DNA of 64,000 nt. Source: Mobula hypostoma. Its lineage: Eukaryota. The DNA is taken from assembly GCF_963921235.1 (NCBI RefSeq), contig NC_086097.1, positions 198,774,001 to 198,838,000 of the forward strand, written 5' to 3'. The notes under the pieces are model-generated. The model ran no database searches. It saw only the letters and a program-made list of their open reading frames with translations, and had not been told where the DNA came from. The position numbers and the translations under genes are program-made. Below, in pieces: positions 24,047 through 36,377 of this stretch; the stretch's first letter is position 1, and the number at the start of each line of letters is the position of its first letter.

Positions 24047-27000
24047 GTAAATTTGAGTGGTACTATGAACTTGTAAATATTTGTAATTTTTTCTCATCTT
24101 GTTAGAAGCTAAAAAGGTCTGTATTTTAAACAGTTTTATTCATCGTTCTTTTGTTTTCAATATTAATATTTTTGTGGTCTAATTTAATATTCCTATAATT
24201 CAGAGTTTTTGACATTTGTATGTTCTACCAAACAAAGCATAAACATCTCTACTCTATTTCTACAATGTGATTATAGCTATTTTCATAACTGGATCATTAA
24301 ATATTAATGATTATCCCCATATATCTAAAATCATACTAAAAAGACAGCAATTTAAATTGTAAACCAATTCCAACAGATTCCAGCAAGAACATTTTTGAAT
24401 TGACATTTGACCTAGTGAATTTTGGAGTCATGTACATGAAGGCCGAAAGAGCCAATGGATTATGACACTGGAGATGCTAATGAACCAGTTTACTGGAGGA
24501 AAACCATTTTACCAGGCTACTGTAGTTGAAAGGTCGATGGGAGATGATGTAATAAGCAGTAATTTTGAAGAAGACTGATAGAAATTTGTTTTGAGACAAT
24601 GAACATAATTCTGACTGAGGTTATGTTTGGGTTTGAAAGGGGCAAAAACTAATGGATTCTTTGAGAAATGACAAGCAGTAGTACTTACTAATATCATCAA
24701 TATTTACTAAAATGTCAGTTTTTCACCAATATATATAATTAAAATTTAGGTAAAAAGTAGAGAGCTGTATTGTAAAGTGTGTAGCTAGACAATGAAAGTG
24801 AATGCAGAGGAAAGTAGGCCAATTGGGTAAAGCACTGAAAGATTGCGGTCAACAAGGGAATGGTAAGTTCACTATTTTTGAAGTCCTCAAGTATCTGTCC
24901 CAGAATTCTGCATTTCAGTCTTCCCCAATGGTACTGGTGTGATATCATTATCTTTGCACTTGACCTTTTTGGATATACAGTATCAATGGCAAAACTACCC
25001 TGAGCAAAATTAATGATGTCCTGTCTGGTAGCTGGGACTAACGTATAATGCTGTCAGTTAGATGTATGTGTAGTGTTACCTGTACTCAGAGCAAGAACGA
25101 TGACGGAGTTGTATGATTAAATGTTTTTACAGAATCATGTTAGTAACAGTACATGTTGGGCACCTTATAGTGTAGAACTTCAAACCGGGAGAAAGGGCCC
25201 TCCGCACATTGGAGGCCCAATTAATTCACTGCATGATAAATCGGCCGCATGTGCATACGCTACATTCTCACACTCAGCCCGATACAGTTCAGGCAAAAAA
25301 TAAGTGTTTGACATTAACAGCACGCAAAATCATTCCTCGGGTCTTTTCAGCTGTCTAAGCTGACAATTTAGAAACTTCTGAATTCATTCCTTTGAATAAT
25401 CCACTAGAAATTAAATGTCTAAATTAAACAATTGCATTTTAAAAACACTCAAAATTAAAAGAAGTTGAATCATTTAACCAAATAATGAAAAACATGAAAA
25501 CAAACTTAATGTATAAATTTAATTAAATATCAAAATTTGATCTCGTCTGTAGCAGCACAAGCTGATAAAGCTTTCAACGCCTCCCAGCATTTTCCTGTCC
25601 AGTGTAGTTAGGGGATCTCATGTGCTCCGCTTATCATTTGAATCACCATCTAGATGTGGGATGCTGAAAAGATGCTTCCAGATATAGTATTTGTATTGTT
25701 GTGCAAGTGTAGAATCCATTGATTGAAAATAATAGGGTCTTGCATCCCAGTTCTTGATCCATTGTGGTAGTATAGAGAATGAATGAAAAGGACTTCATTT
25801 TTTGTGGCAGTAGAAAAATTCTAACAAGGTCATCAATCTGAAGTATTAACTGTTTGTCCACAAGTACTGCCTGATCTGCTGAGTGTTTCAGATTTTCAGC
25901 ATCTGCAGCTTTTGCCTGTTCAAAGAAAATTATAATGTAGCTAAACTTGAGGCATACAGTCTATACAATTTGATGTAATTCATAATGAATAGATTATTCA
26001 ACCCTCTTCCAGTCTGCTTTTAAAACTTTTTCATTGTTTACTGCTTCGTTGCTGTCTTTCCCCTACACCTGGTCCTGATTCAGTTCTTTCTTCCTTGAGA
26101 TTTCAAGCTCATGTTGGCATCTCATCTGCCATCTATAAACCCTCTTAAGTACAGTCTCAGGTTATAAAGTAGCACAGTAAACTCATAACAACATTCAGGA
26201 AACAATTTCTATATGGCAGATTAGGATCTATTTTAATTTGCTGTGGATGAGTCAGCAAGGTTCATTCCTGAGCTGACCTCAAGAAAATGATGAAATACTA
26301 CAGTCCACAGAGTTGCAGGATTTTGATGTGGTGGCTATTAGTTAAGGAATGGCTATTTGTTTCCAAGCAAATGTTGCATGATTTGGGAGAGAGGGATGGG
26401 GTTGGATGCTTCTTGCAGGTAAAATGTCACCCTTCTCTTTCTAGATTATATATCATCAATTTGGTAAATTTAGTCCAAGGAAGCTTTCTCTTTTTCTCTT
26501 GTACATCTTGATGATATTCTAGAGCACTCTGTCAACATATTTTCAATATTCTTGAAAATGCATTCTTTGTGCACAGCTTATGTAATCAATTATACTGTAT
26601 TTGGTCTTTAGTCCTGGTGCTATTGTAGTTATACACCATGTCCACAAGATGGCAGAATAATTCCACAGTATATTATAATGTACACAGATGACAAACTAGG
26701 CATTCACAAAGCCATTTGGGAAATTCAGATATTCCCAAGACACTTCAACGGTATTATCAAACAAAATTTGGTCTACAACTACAGTAGGGGATGTTAGTAC
26801 TGGAATTTAAAAGATTAGACAAAGGAGCGTTTAAAGGTATGACTGTTTTAAGGAGCATCTAAAGGAGAGTAAAAGAGAGATGGAGGCAATCCAGAACTCT
26901 GGTCTTTAAAAATAAAGTTATGACAGTAATAAAGGATACACAGTGCCAGAACTGGAAGAGAACCGATAGCTATGACTGATGAAGAGCTGGAGTATATAAC

Positions 27001-27477
27001 AGTTATGGGGAGGAGAAAAATATGGAGGTGATCTGAAACAAGAATGAAACTTTTAAGTTGAGGTAGTATCAGAAACGAGGTCATTAAGCATTGGGATTAT
27101 TGATCAAGGTGGTGTATTTGCTTTAAATGGTTCCTCTCAGGCTCTAAAGACTTTAAGTAAAGAAGAGGTATGGAATGCTTGCCTTCATTGGTAAGGGTAT
27201 TGAGTAAAAGAGTAAAGTAGTCATATTGCGGCTGTATAAAACTATAGTCCGACCATACTTGGAGTATTGCGTGCAATGCTGGTTGCCCCATTATAGGAAG
27301 TATGAGCAGCCCACAGAAGAGGTTTACCAGGATGCTACTTGGACTAGAGGATATGAGTATAAGGAAAGCTTGGACAAATTTAGGTTATTCTCTCTAGAGT
27401 GTAGGAGGCTAAGGGGATACCTGTTTTTTTTCTAAATTAAGAGGCATGGATAGGGAAAACAGGCAGTATCTTTCCCA

Positions 27478-27735
27478 AACAACAGGAATTCTGCAGATGC
27501 TGGAAATTCAAGCAACACACATCAAAGTTGTTGGTGAACGCAGCGGGCCAGGCAGCATCTCTAGGAAGAGGTGCAGTCGACGTTTCAGGCCGAGACCCTT
27601 CGTCAGGACTAACTGAAGGAAGACTGAGTAAGAGATTTGAAAGTTGGAGGGGGAGGGGGAGATCCAAAATGATAGGAGAAGACAGGAGGGGGAGAGATGG
27701 AGCCAAGAGCTGGACAGGTGATTGGCAAAAGGGAA
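27478..27735 (-). mobile_element. Penelope-like terminal fragment inserted in an old plus-strand CR1 (about 27170-27910)
   Basis: Same terminal sequence as 12731-12798, followed by a purine-rich tract. Confidence 0.8.
27574..27610 (-). ncRNA. Minimal type I hammerhead ribozyme motif
   Basis: Reverse complement AGTCCTGACGAAGGGTCTCGGCCTGAAACGTCGACTG is identical to the motif at 12799. Confidence 0.72.
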
Positions 27736-27909
27736 ACACTAGAAGAAGACATGTTTTTAAAGTTAATGGTGACAGGAGGGGCAAGTTTTCTTTTTACACA
27801 GAGAGTGGGATGGTAATGGAAGCAAGCAGTTTGGAATATAAGAGGCCTTTAGGTAGACACATGAATATGAAGAGAATTGAAGGTACAGATGATAAACAGG
27901 AGGACATTT

Positions 27910-29960
27910 AGAACATAGAACAGTACGGCACAGGACAGGTCATTTGGCTCACACTGATGTGCCAAATCAGCTAAAAAGCAAATCAAAACCACCCTAACAC
28001 TAACGCTCCTATATACACAAAGGATGCTGCGTCCTTTTCAAGGCGGTTTGTTCACCGTTGGTTCCCACCTTGCACTCAGTTCTCACCTGTGGCTCCCCGT
28101 AGCTGTTTGCATGCGACAGTGGCCACACCCCAGGCAACAGCTTCAACGTGCCGGCTAAACCAGGTGAGGGTAGCCGACGGGTCTCAAACCCTCGGTGAGA
28201 TAGGGAGTTGTCTATCCCAGCATGGGAAGACAGACTCCGGCGGATTGAGCGGACGAGACCAGTGGAAAGTCCAATGGTCAAGAAGGCGGTCTCTGCAAGC
28301 ATTGTGGAACGTGTAGAGCAGGACAAGACACAAAAGATGCCCTAGTCATCCACTGTGCCTAGTCCCATCTCCAGCCGTCTCGACTCTGTCTTGCCACTGG
28401 ATCCAGATGGGAATTGGGAAGAGAGAGTGAGGCTGACGCTGCACAACTCTCCCTCACTTAAATCCAAATCACGTGCTAGTCTCGACACCATCATAATGGT
28501 GTCGAAGTCTTCATCGACATCAATGATGGACAAACAACCAACATATCCCTTCATCTTCCTTATATCCATGTGGCTACCACCATACCAGACAGCACATTCC
28601 GGGTATCCACAAATTCCCCTTGAATCTATCCCCGCTCACCTTCAACGTACCCCTCTGGTATTAGACATTTCAACCCAGGGAAACAGATACTCTCTGTCCA
28701 CTCTATCTATGTCTCTCATAATCTTGTAAACTTCTATCAGATCTCCCCTCAGCCCTTTGGCACCCTAAACAACCCAAGTTTATCCAGCCTCTCGTGATGG
28801 CACGTGCCTTCCAGACCAGGCAGCATCATGGTGAACCTCTTGTGCACCCTCTCCAAAGCCTCAACATCCTTCCGATAGTGGGGTGACCAGAACTGTATAC
28901 AATACTCCAGATGTGGCCTCAGCAGAGTTTTATAAAGTTGCAACACAACCTCGTGACTTTTGAACTGAATGTCTTGATTAATAATAATAAGCATTCCATA
29001 AGCCTTCATAACCACTCTATCGACTTTAAAGGAACTACGAACTTGCATCTCAAGATTTCTCTGCTCAGTGACACTGTTAAAGACCTTGCAAGGACTGTCT
29101 CCTTATGTTTGCCCTACTGAGGTGCAACACCTCATTTTTCTGGCTTAAATTCCAACTGCCATTTCTCAGCCCATATCTGCAACTGATCTATATCGTGCTC
29201 TATTCTTTGTCAGTCTTCCATGCTATCCACATCTCCACCAATCTTGGTATTTTCTGCAAATTTACCAACCCACCTATCTACATTTTCATCCAGGTCATTT
29301 ATGTACATCACAAACAGCAGAGGTCCCAACACAAATACCCGTGGAAGTCCACTAATTACAGACCTCCAGCTCGAATACGCCTCTTCAATCACTACCCTTT
29401 GTCTTCTATGTGCAAACCGGTTCTTCATCCAAACAACCAATTCGCCGCAGACCCCATGCATCTTAATCTTCTGATTACTAAAAGCCATGTAGACAACATC
29501 CACTGCCCTCCCCTCATCACTCTCTCTCATCGCCTTGTCAAAAAACTCAATCAAGTTGGTAAGATATGACCTATCCCGTACAAAGCCATGCTGACTCTCC
29601 CTAATTAAGCTGTGGGTTTCCGAATGCTCATATATCCTGACCCTAAGAATTTTCTCCAGTAGTTTCCCTACAACTGACATGAGTTTCACCAGTCTATAGT
29701 TCCCAGGATTTTCCCTTGTTCGCTTCTTAAATAGAGGTACATTAACCACTCGTTAATCCTCTGGGACCTCACCTGTGGCGAGAGTGGACACAAAGATACT
29801 GGTCAAGAATCCAGCAAATTCATCTCTTGCCTCCTTCAATAACATGGGGTAAATCCCATCAGGCCCTGGGGACTTGTCCACCTTAATACTCCTGAGGAGC
29901 CCCAATACTTCCTCCTCCTTGACTTCTAAACATCCTAATGTATTTATAGTCAGCACTGAT
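27910..29960 (-). mobile_element. Degraded 5'-truncated CR1 LINE
   Basis: DKSPGPDGIYP, GNYRLVKLMSVVGKLLE, RPHLEYCIQFWSPHY. Confidence 0.88.
28022..28540 (+). mobile_element. Non-autonomous RTE-derived short element (5'UTR-like plus 3'UTR-like), inserted in a CR1 3' UTR
   Basis: GC-rich island interrupting CR1; the 3' part GAAGAGAGAGTGAGGCTGAC...CCTCACTTAAATCCAAATCACG...CAAACAAC resembles recalled RTE-clade 3' ends. Confidence 0.6.
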
Positions 29961-31697
29961 CTCCTGTAATCTTTAGTACTAATTGGCACAAACTCAGTAC
30001 TAATATCTGGTAGAAATTGACATGAAGACTGGTACATCATGGGCTGAATAGCCTGTCCAGTGCTCTATTATTTATGTTTAAACAGCTTTTAATCATTTTC
30101 TCAGTTTACTCATTCATTTTAACTGGTGTTTTCTCTAGCCCTGAAAATCAAGTAAATCTTCTCAGCCCCTAGTTATACGTTCCAAGGGTTGGTGATGTCA
30201 GTAGTTCTGAAAGTTTAATTTTAACACATTAATATTGTAATTGAGATTGGGGATTGTAATTAATTAATTGCAACTTTAAGGATAATTTTGAGTGAAAGTA
30301 CACAATTTTAGGACTTTTAATAGCAAAATAATCACAGAGGTAATTTTACAGGTAACATTACACAGTTGACTAGAAGGTCTTGAGTAGATCCTTATAATTA
30401 GGAATCATTCCTTCAGTAGTTAAAATATCTGGACCAAAACTTCAATGTGATGCGTATGATTTTCAGCACTGTACAATTGCTTTGCCTTTGAAATTCATAA
30501 GTGAAAAATGACAAGCAACAATAGCTTGAATTGGGAAGAATAGTTCAAGCATTTCTTCTATTAACAATCTCTGGAGACTGTTTAGAGAGCACACAGTCAC
30601 CATGCAATTGTCAATGGAAGAATGAATCATGTTATATTATTAACATGCAGTGTGCAATACAGACAGGAGAGCACATCTTAAACATCACCTAAAACTGCAC
30701 TGTTTTCTGAATTATTAGCCAGCTGCATGTTTGTTGAGTCTGTTGCAACTTAAGACCCCAGGGAACTAGCCATAGGTCAGCAGTGGAAGGTGTTGTGTGG
30801 AAATATGATGTGCTGACCTCATAAGTGACACTAATCACTGGAAAGTGCATACTTTAGTGATTGCCCTGTTGATTTTGTAGAATGACCAAGTTCAAAGCAG
30901 GGACCAAATACAGCAACAGCGTGCCAGTTCAGCCTGAAGGAGGAGAGCAAGTGAGAAGGAAGCCTGTGCTAAGGGAGCCTACTACTCCCCTCTGAAGTCT
31001 TCAGGAACCACAGTCTTGCCTCCATCAGTCAGAGCATCAGTGCATCTGGGTGCCAAGGATCTCAAAGGCAATGACTCCAGACATCTATTAATTTCAAGAG
31101 TGCATCTACAAAGTCAGGAAGTTATGTTGCACCTTTATAAAACTGACTTGGCCACATCTAAAGTATTGTATACAATTCTCGTTGCCTCATTATAGGATCA
31201 ATGTGGAAGCTATGGTGTAGGAAAACAGGAGATTTATCATGATATTATCTGGATTAGAGGCCAACCCTGAGCTTTCACTGTGCTCCCTCATTCGCACCCT
31301 TTACAGGCATAGTGCCATCAGCGAGATACTTGACACTGGTTGGAATGTAGGTCATATACCCTTTGTTATTTCCAGGTGCTTACTCATTTACCTACTTTGA
31401 AGCTGGGCCTTTAACAATAAAGGAGGGGGAAGAGTTTTGTGAGTATTTTGCAGATTTGGTGGATGAGGGGTGTGTGTGGTGTGTCGGTCACCGTAATATT
31501 GCTTATCCAGATAGACAAGGGTTGCGGCGTCTCTACTGACCTTCACCAGATAGCAAAATCATTAAATTCCTTTTAACCTTGAGAAGAGGTCCGTAACCTC
31601 AGTCCAGGTATTTGATTTCCAGTATTTTCTCCTGTGACTGCTCATCTTTCTTGGACGGTCTCATGAACACCTTTATCTCTTCCTCTTTATCCTAAAT

Positions 31698-33958
31698 ATA
31701 GAACAGAAAATAGTACAGCACAGTACAGGCCCTTCAGCCCACAATGTTGTGCCGACCCTTAAACCCTGCCTCCCATATAATCCCCCCCACCTTAAATCCC
31801 TCCATATACCTGTCTAGTAGTCTCTTAAATTTCACTAGTTTGTCTGCCTCCACCACTGACTCAGGCAGTGCATTCCACACACCAACCATTCTCTGAGTAA
31901 AAAACCTTCCTCTAATATCCCCCTTGAACTTCCCACCCCTTACCTTAAAGCCATGTCCTCTTGTATTGAGCAGTGGTGCCCTGGGGGAAGAGGTGCTGGC
32001 TATCCACTCTGTCTATTCCTCTTAATATCTTGTATACCTCTATCATGTCTCCTCTCACCCTCCTTCTCTCCCAAGAATAAAGCCCTAGCTCCCTTAATCT
32101 CTGATCATAATGCATACTCTCTAAACCAGGCAGCATCCTGGTAAATCTCCTCTGTACCCTTTCCAATGCTTCCACATCCTTCCTATAGTGAGGTGACCCG
32201 AACTGGACACAGTACTCCAAGTGTGGGCTAACCAGAGTTTTATGGAGCTACATCATTACCTCGCGACTCTTAAACTCTATCCCTCGACTTATGAAAGCTA
32301 ACACCCCATAAGCTTTCTTAACTACCCTATCTACCTGTGAGACAACTTTCAGGGATCTGTGGACATGTACCCCCAGTTCCCTCTGCTCCTCCACACTACC
32401 AACAATCCTGCCATTTTTTTTGTACTCTGTCTTGTAGTTTGTCCTTCCAAAGTGTACCACCTCACACTTCTCCGGGTTGAACTCCATCTGCCACTTCTCA
32501 GCCCAGTTCTGCATCCTGTCAATGTCTCTCTGCAATCTTTGACAATCCTCTACATTATCCACAGCACCACCAACCTTTGTGTCATCTACAAACTTGCCAA
32601 CCCACCCTTCTACTCCCACATACAGGTCGTTAATAAAAATCACGAAAAGTTGAGGTCCCAGAACTGATCCTTGTGGGACACCACTAGTCACAACCCTCCA
32701 ATCTGAATGTACTCCATCCACCACGACCCTCTGCTTTCTGCAGGCAAGCCAATTCTGAATCCACCTGGCCAAACTTCCCTGGATTCCATGCCTTCTGACT
32801 TTCTGAGTAAGCCTACCGTGTGGAACCATGTCAAGTGCCTTACTAAAATCCATATAGATCACATCCACTGCACTACCCTCATCTATATGCCTGGTCACCT
32901 TCTCAAAGAATTCTATCAGGCTTGTTAGACACAATCTGCCCTTCACAAAGCCATGCTGACTGTCCCTGATCAGACCATGATTCTCTAAATGCCCATAGAT
33001 CCTATCTCGAAGAATCTTTTCCAACAGCTTTCCCACCACAGACGTAAGGCTCACTGGTCTGTAGTTACCCGGACTATCCCTACTATCTTTTTTGAACAAG
33101 GGGACAACATTCGCCTCCCTCCAATCCTCCGGTACCATTCCCGTGGACAACGAGGACATAAAGATCCTAGCCAGAGGCTCAGCAATCTCTTCCCTCACCT
33201 CGTGGAGCAGCCTGGGGAATATTCCGTCAGGCCTCGGGGACTTATCTGTCCTAATGCATTTTAACAACTCCAACACCTCCTCTCCCTTAATATCAACATG
33301 TTCCAAAACATCAACCTCACTCATATTGTCGTCATCGTCATCAAGATCCCTCTCATTAGTGAATACCGAAGAGAAGTATTCATTGAGGACCTCGCTCACT
33401 TCCACAGCCTCCAGGCACATCTTCCCACCTTTATCTCTAATCGGTCCTACCTTCACTCCTGTCATCCTTATGTTCTTCACATAATTGAAGAATGCCTTGG
33501 GGTTTTCCTTTACCCTACTCGCCAAGGCCTTCTCATGCCCCCTTCTTGCTCTCCTCAGCCCCTTCTTAAGCTCCTATATTCCTCAATAGACCCATCTGAT
33601 CCTTGCTTCCTAAACCTCATGTATGCTGCCTTCTTCCACCTGACTAGATTTTCCACCTCACTTGTCACCCATGGTTCCTTCACCCTACCATGTTTTATCT
33701 TCCTCACCGGACAAATTAATCCCTAACATCCTGCAAGAGATCCCTAAACATCGACCACATGTCCATAGTACATTTCCCTGCAAAAACATCATCCCAATTC
33801 ACACCAAGTTCTAGCCTTATAGCCTCATAATTTGCTCTTCCCCAATTAAAAATGTTCTTGTCCTCTCTGATTCTATCCTTTTCCATGATAATGCTAAAGG
33901 CCAGGGAGCAGTGGCCACTGTCTCCCAGATGCTCACCCACTGAGAGATCTGTGACCTG
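31698..33958 (-). mobile_element. Young 5'-truncated CR1, same family as 19178-22943
   Basis: 425-aa RT ORF 32248-33525 nearly identical to the 19475-21200 copy. Confidence 0.95.
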
Positions 33959-34767
33959 ATAAATATATGTTATCTTTTTCCAATAGAGTATTTTCCATTT
34001 TCTTTTGAATGTTTCCAATAAATCAGCTTTCACCATCTTTTCAAGCAGAACTCCCTCCCCTCCCGTTTCCAGGAGGAAACATATTTGTGCACCTTTTTGG
34101 TTGAGAGACAATCTGCAAGAACTAAATAATAATTTGACTGTGAAGAATGTTTTGTCAGTTAACATTTTTAAAAAGAAGCCGAATCCTTCATTTTTGTTGT
34201 CATTGTCAGTTTGCTCCTTTGATGTAATTCCTTTTACTGTTACTAATTTATCATAAATAAGTGACATATTATGGAAAAATTCTAGAGTATCAATCGAATA
34301 GATTTGATCCAGACCCTCTAGAGAACAAACAGTACTTCATTTTTCGACTTTGATGAATCTAGAGGTAGAGCAGGAGGTCAGATGCATTGACAACTGACCT
34401 GTAGTGCATCTGACTTTCACATTTCAATGCATGGGCTTGGAAGTCCAAGACTAACTGTCTTGAGATGAATGCAATTTTCTCCCAGCTCTACCATCCAGAA
34501 AAGTTTGAATTTGCCTTATAGGTATCATAGCAGTTAGAATTGAATAATTCAAAACATCCCAAATAAAATCAAGAATCATACACAAAATGTTGGAAGAACT
34601 CAGCTGGTCAGGCAGCATTTGTGGAAATGAATAGGTAGCAGAGTTCCTCCAGCATTTTGTGTGTGTTGCTTTGGGTTTCTAGCATCTGCAGACTTTCTCT
34701 TGTTTAAAATTAAAATTTTCTTTTCAATTTTAATTTTTCAGTTAAGTACAAACTTTATTTTTTACAG

Positions 34768-34838
34768 TTCTTTAAAAACAGAATCCAATCTTGAAGCTAT
34801 GAAATCCATCCCAAGCGAAAGACTGATGATAGAAACTG
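34768..34838 (+). CDS. TATDN1: TATDN1 internal exon (SLKTESNLEAMKSIPSERLMIET)
   Basis: tacag acceptor and gtaagt donor; 71 nt; LMIETD motif completed by the next exon. Confidence 0.96.
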
Positions 34839-36131
34839 GTAAGTTGTATTTTAAATAAAAACAGTAAGTGCTGTAAGTGACATGCAAGGTCATAGAGAAA
34901 GAAACAGCTTTATGTTGCAGGCTGATAATCTTTACAAGGACTGAGAAAGTAGATTTTTGTAACTACTTGATCAGAGGTGAGATGAGAAATATAAAGTGAT
35001 GAATGAGAACAAGTTAAAAGAAATAAACTAATCCTATTGGGGTAAAGGCTGATTTTTAAGTGAAGAATTCCTGAAAAAACAATCGTACAAAAGGAAAATA
35101 ATCCTGCTTTTGGAAATCAGAAGTCTCAATTCAAGACGTACATTAATGATCTGGATATTAATGTAGCAGGTATGTTGACTGACTTTGCAGGCGAATCAAA
35201 AATTGATAGTATTTTTGATTGTGAGAAATAATCATAGCTTACAGAACTAAATTGTTATGCTGGTAAATTCGGTAATGGCGGGTGGACTTTAATCCCAGTA
35301 ACTGTGAGGTGATGCATTTAGGGAGGTTTAGTGAGCACAGGATATACACCATGAACAGTAGGGCTCTATGAAGCAATGAAGGGATCTTTATGTTCAAGGC
35401 CTTGGATCGCTAAAGATGGCAGCACAGGTTGATAAGATGGTGAGGACAATATACAGCTAATTGTTCAAGAATTTAAGAGCATTGAGATCATGGTAGAGCT
35501 TCATAAAATATTCATTGGACCCGAGCTGGTTTAGTGTATACTTTTGATTGCCACACTATAGGAAGCACATGATTATACTAGAGAAGATGTAGCACATTGT
35601 TGCCACTTTGGCTGAGGAAAACTGAATAGACTGGTATTGTTTTCCTTGAAACAGAAGGGACTTGAAGGGGGAACTGATAGAGGTATACAGAGATGTGAAG
35701 AGTGGCTAGAGCATAGTTTTATGGTGAGGTGTTTCTCCCTCTCTCCAATATATATTGATGTTTGATTGTTAATGAGGTTCTGTGGCATTCAAGCTCCCAG
35801 CAATTCAGTGAACATCAGCATGCTACTTGGTGAGTGAATTATAGTCCTGTCCTCTCCCATGATCTGTAGGTGTACACCCAGCAGCAGCTGCTGAATAACT
35901 AATGTGAACTGGAACCAGCAATTACTCCGCATCATCACAGCAGAGAGGTGCTGGAGATGTTTGCATCTCCCTGTCATGTTTGTAACTGAGATTGTATAAT
36001 CTAGAAGTGGGAATGCAGCCTGGGAACTTAGTAGATTCAAAGTCTCAGCTCTTGAACTAAATTTATTGAACCGTTGGATTTATTATTCCCTTTTTCATGC
36101 TGCTCTTCGAAAAACTGTGCATATATAATGC

Positions 36132-36377
36132 GGGGGAAGGAAGGGAGGGAGGGAGGGAACGTCGACTCAGACCATGAGAGGCCTGCATCGGGCATTTTCA
36201 TGCCTTACAAGGCACAGATTGGAAGTCTGTGTGGGACGCCACTCCTCGCACAGACAGTAGAGCAATGTGTGATTAAGTGCCTTGCTCAAGGACACAAACA
36301 CACTGCCACAGCTGAGGCTCGAACTAGCGACCTTCAAATCACTAGACGAATGCCTTAACCACTTGGCCATGTGCCCA
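36132..36377 (-). mobile_element. tRNA-derived SINE with a CORE-like central block
   Basis: Minus strand A box TGGCCAAGTGG, B box GTTCGAGCC, GTGTCCTTGAGCAAGGCACTTAA and a (CCCT)n tail. Confidence 0.8.

Noticed and set aside
31260..31690. Unassigned segment, possible TE fragment
   Set aside because: No recognisable motif in the frames I read
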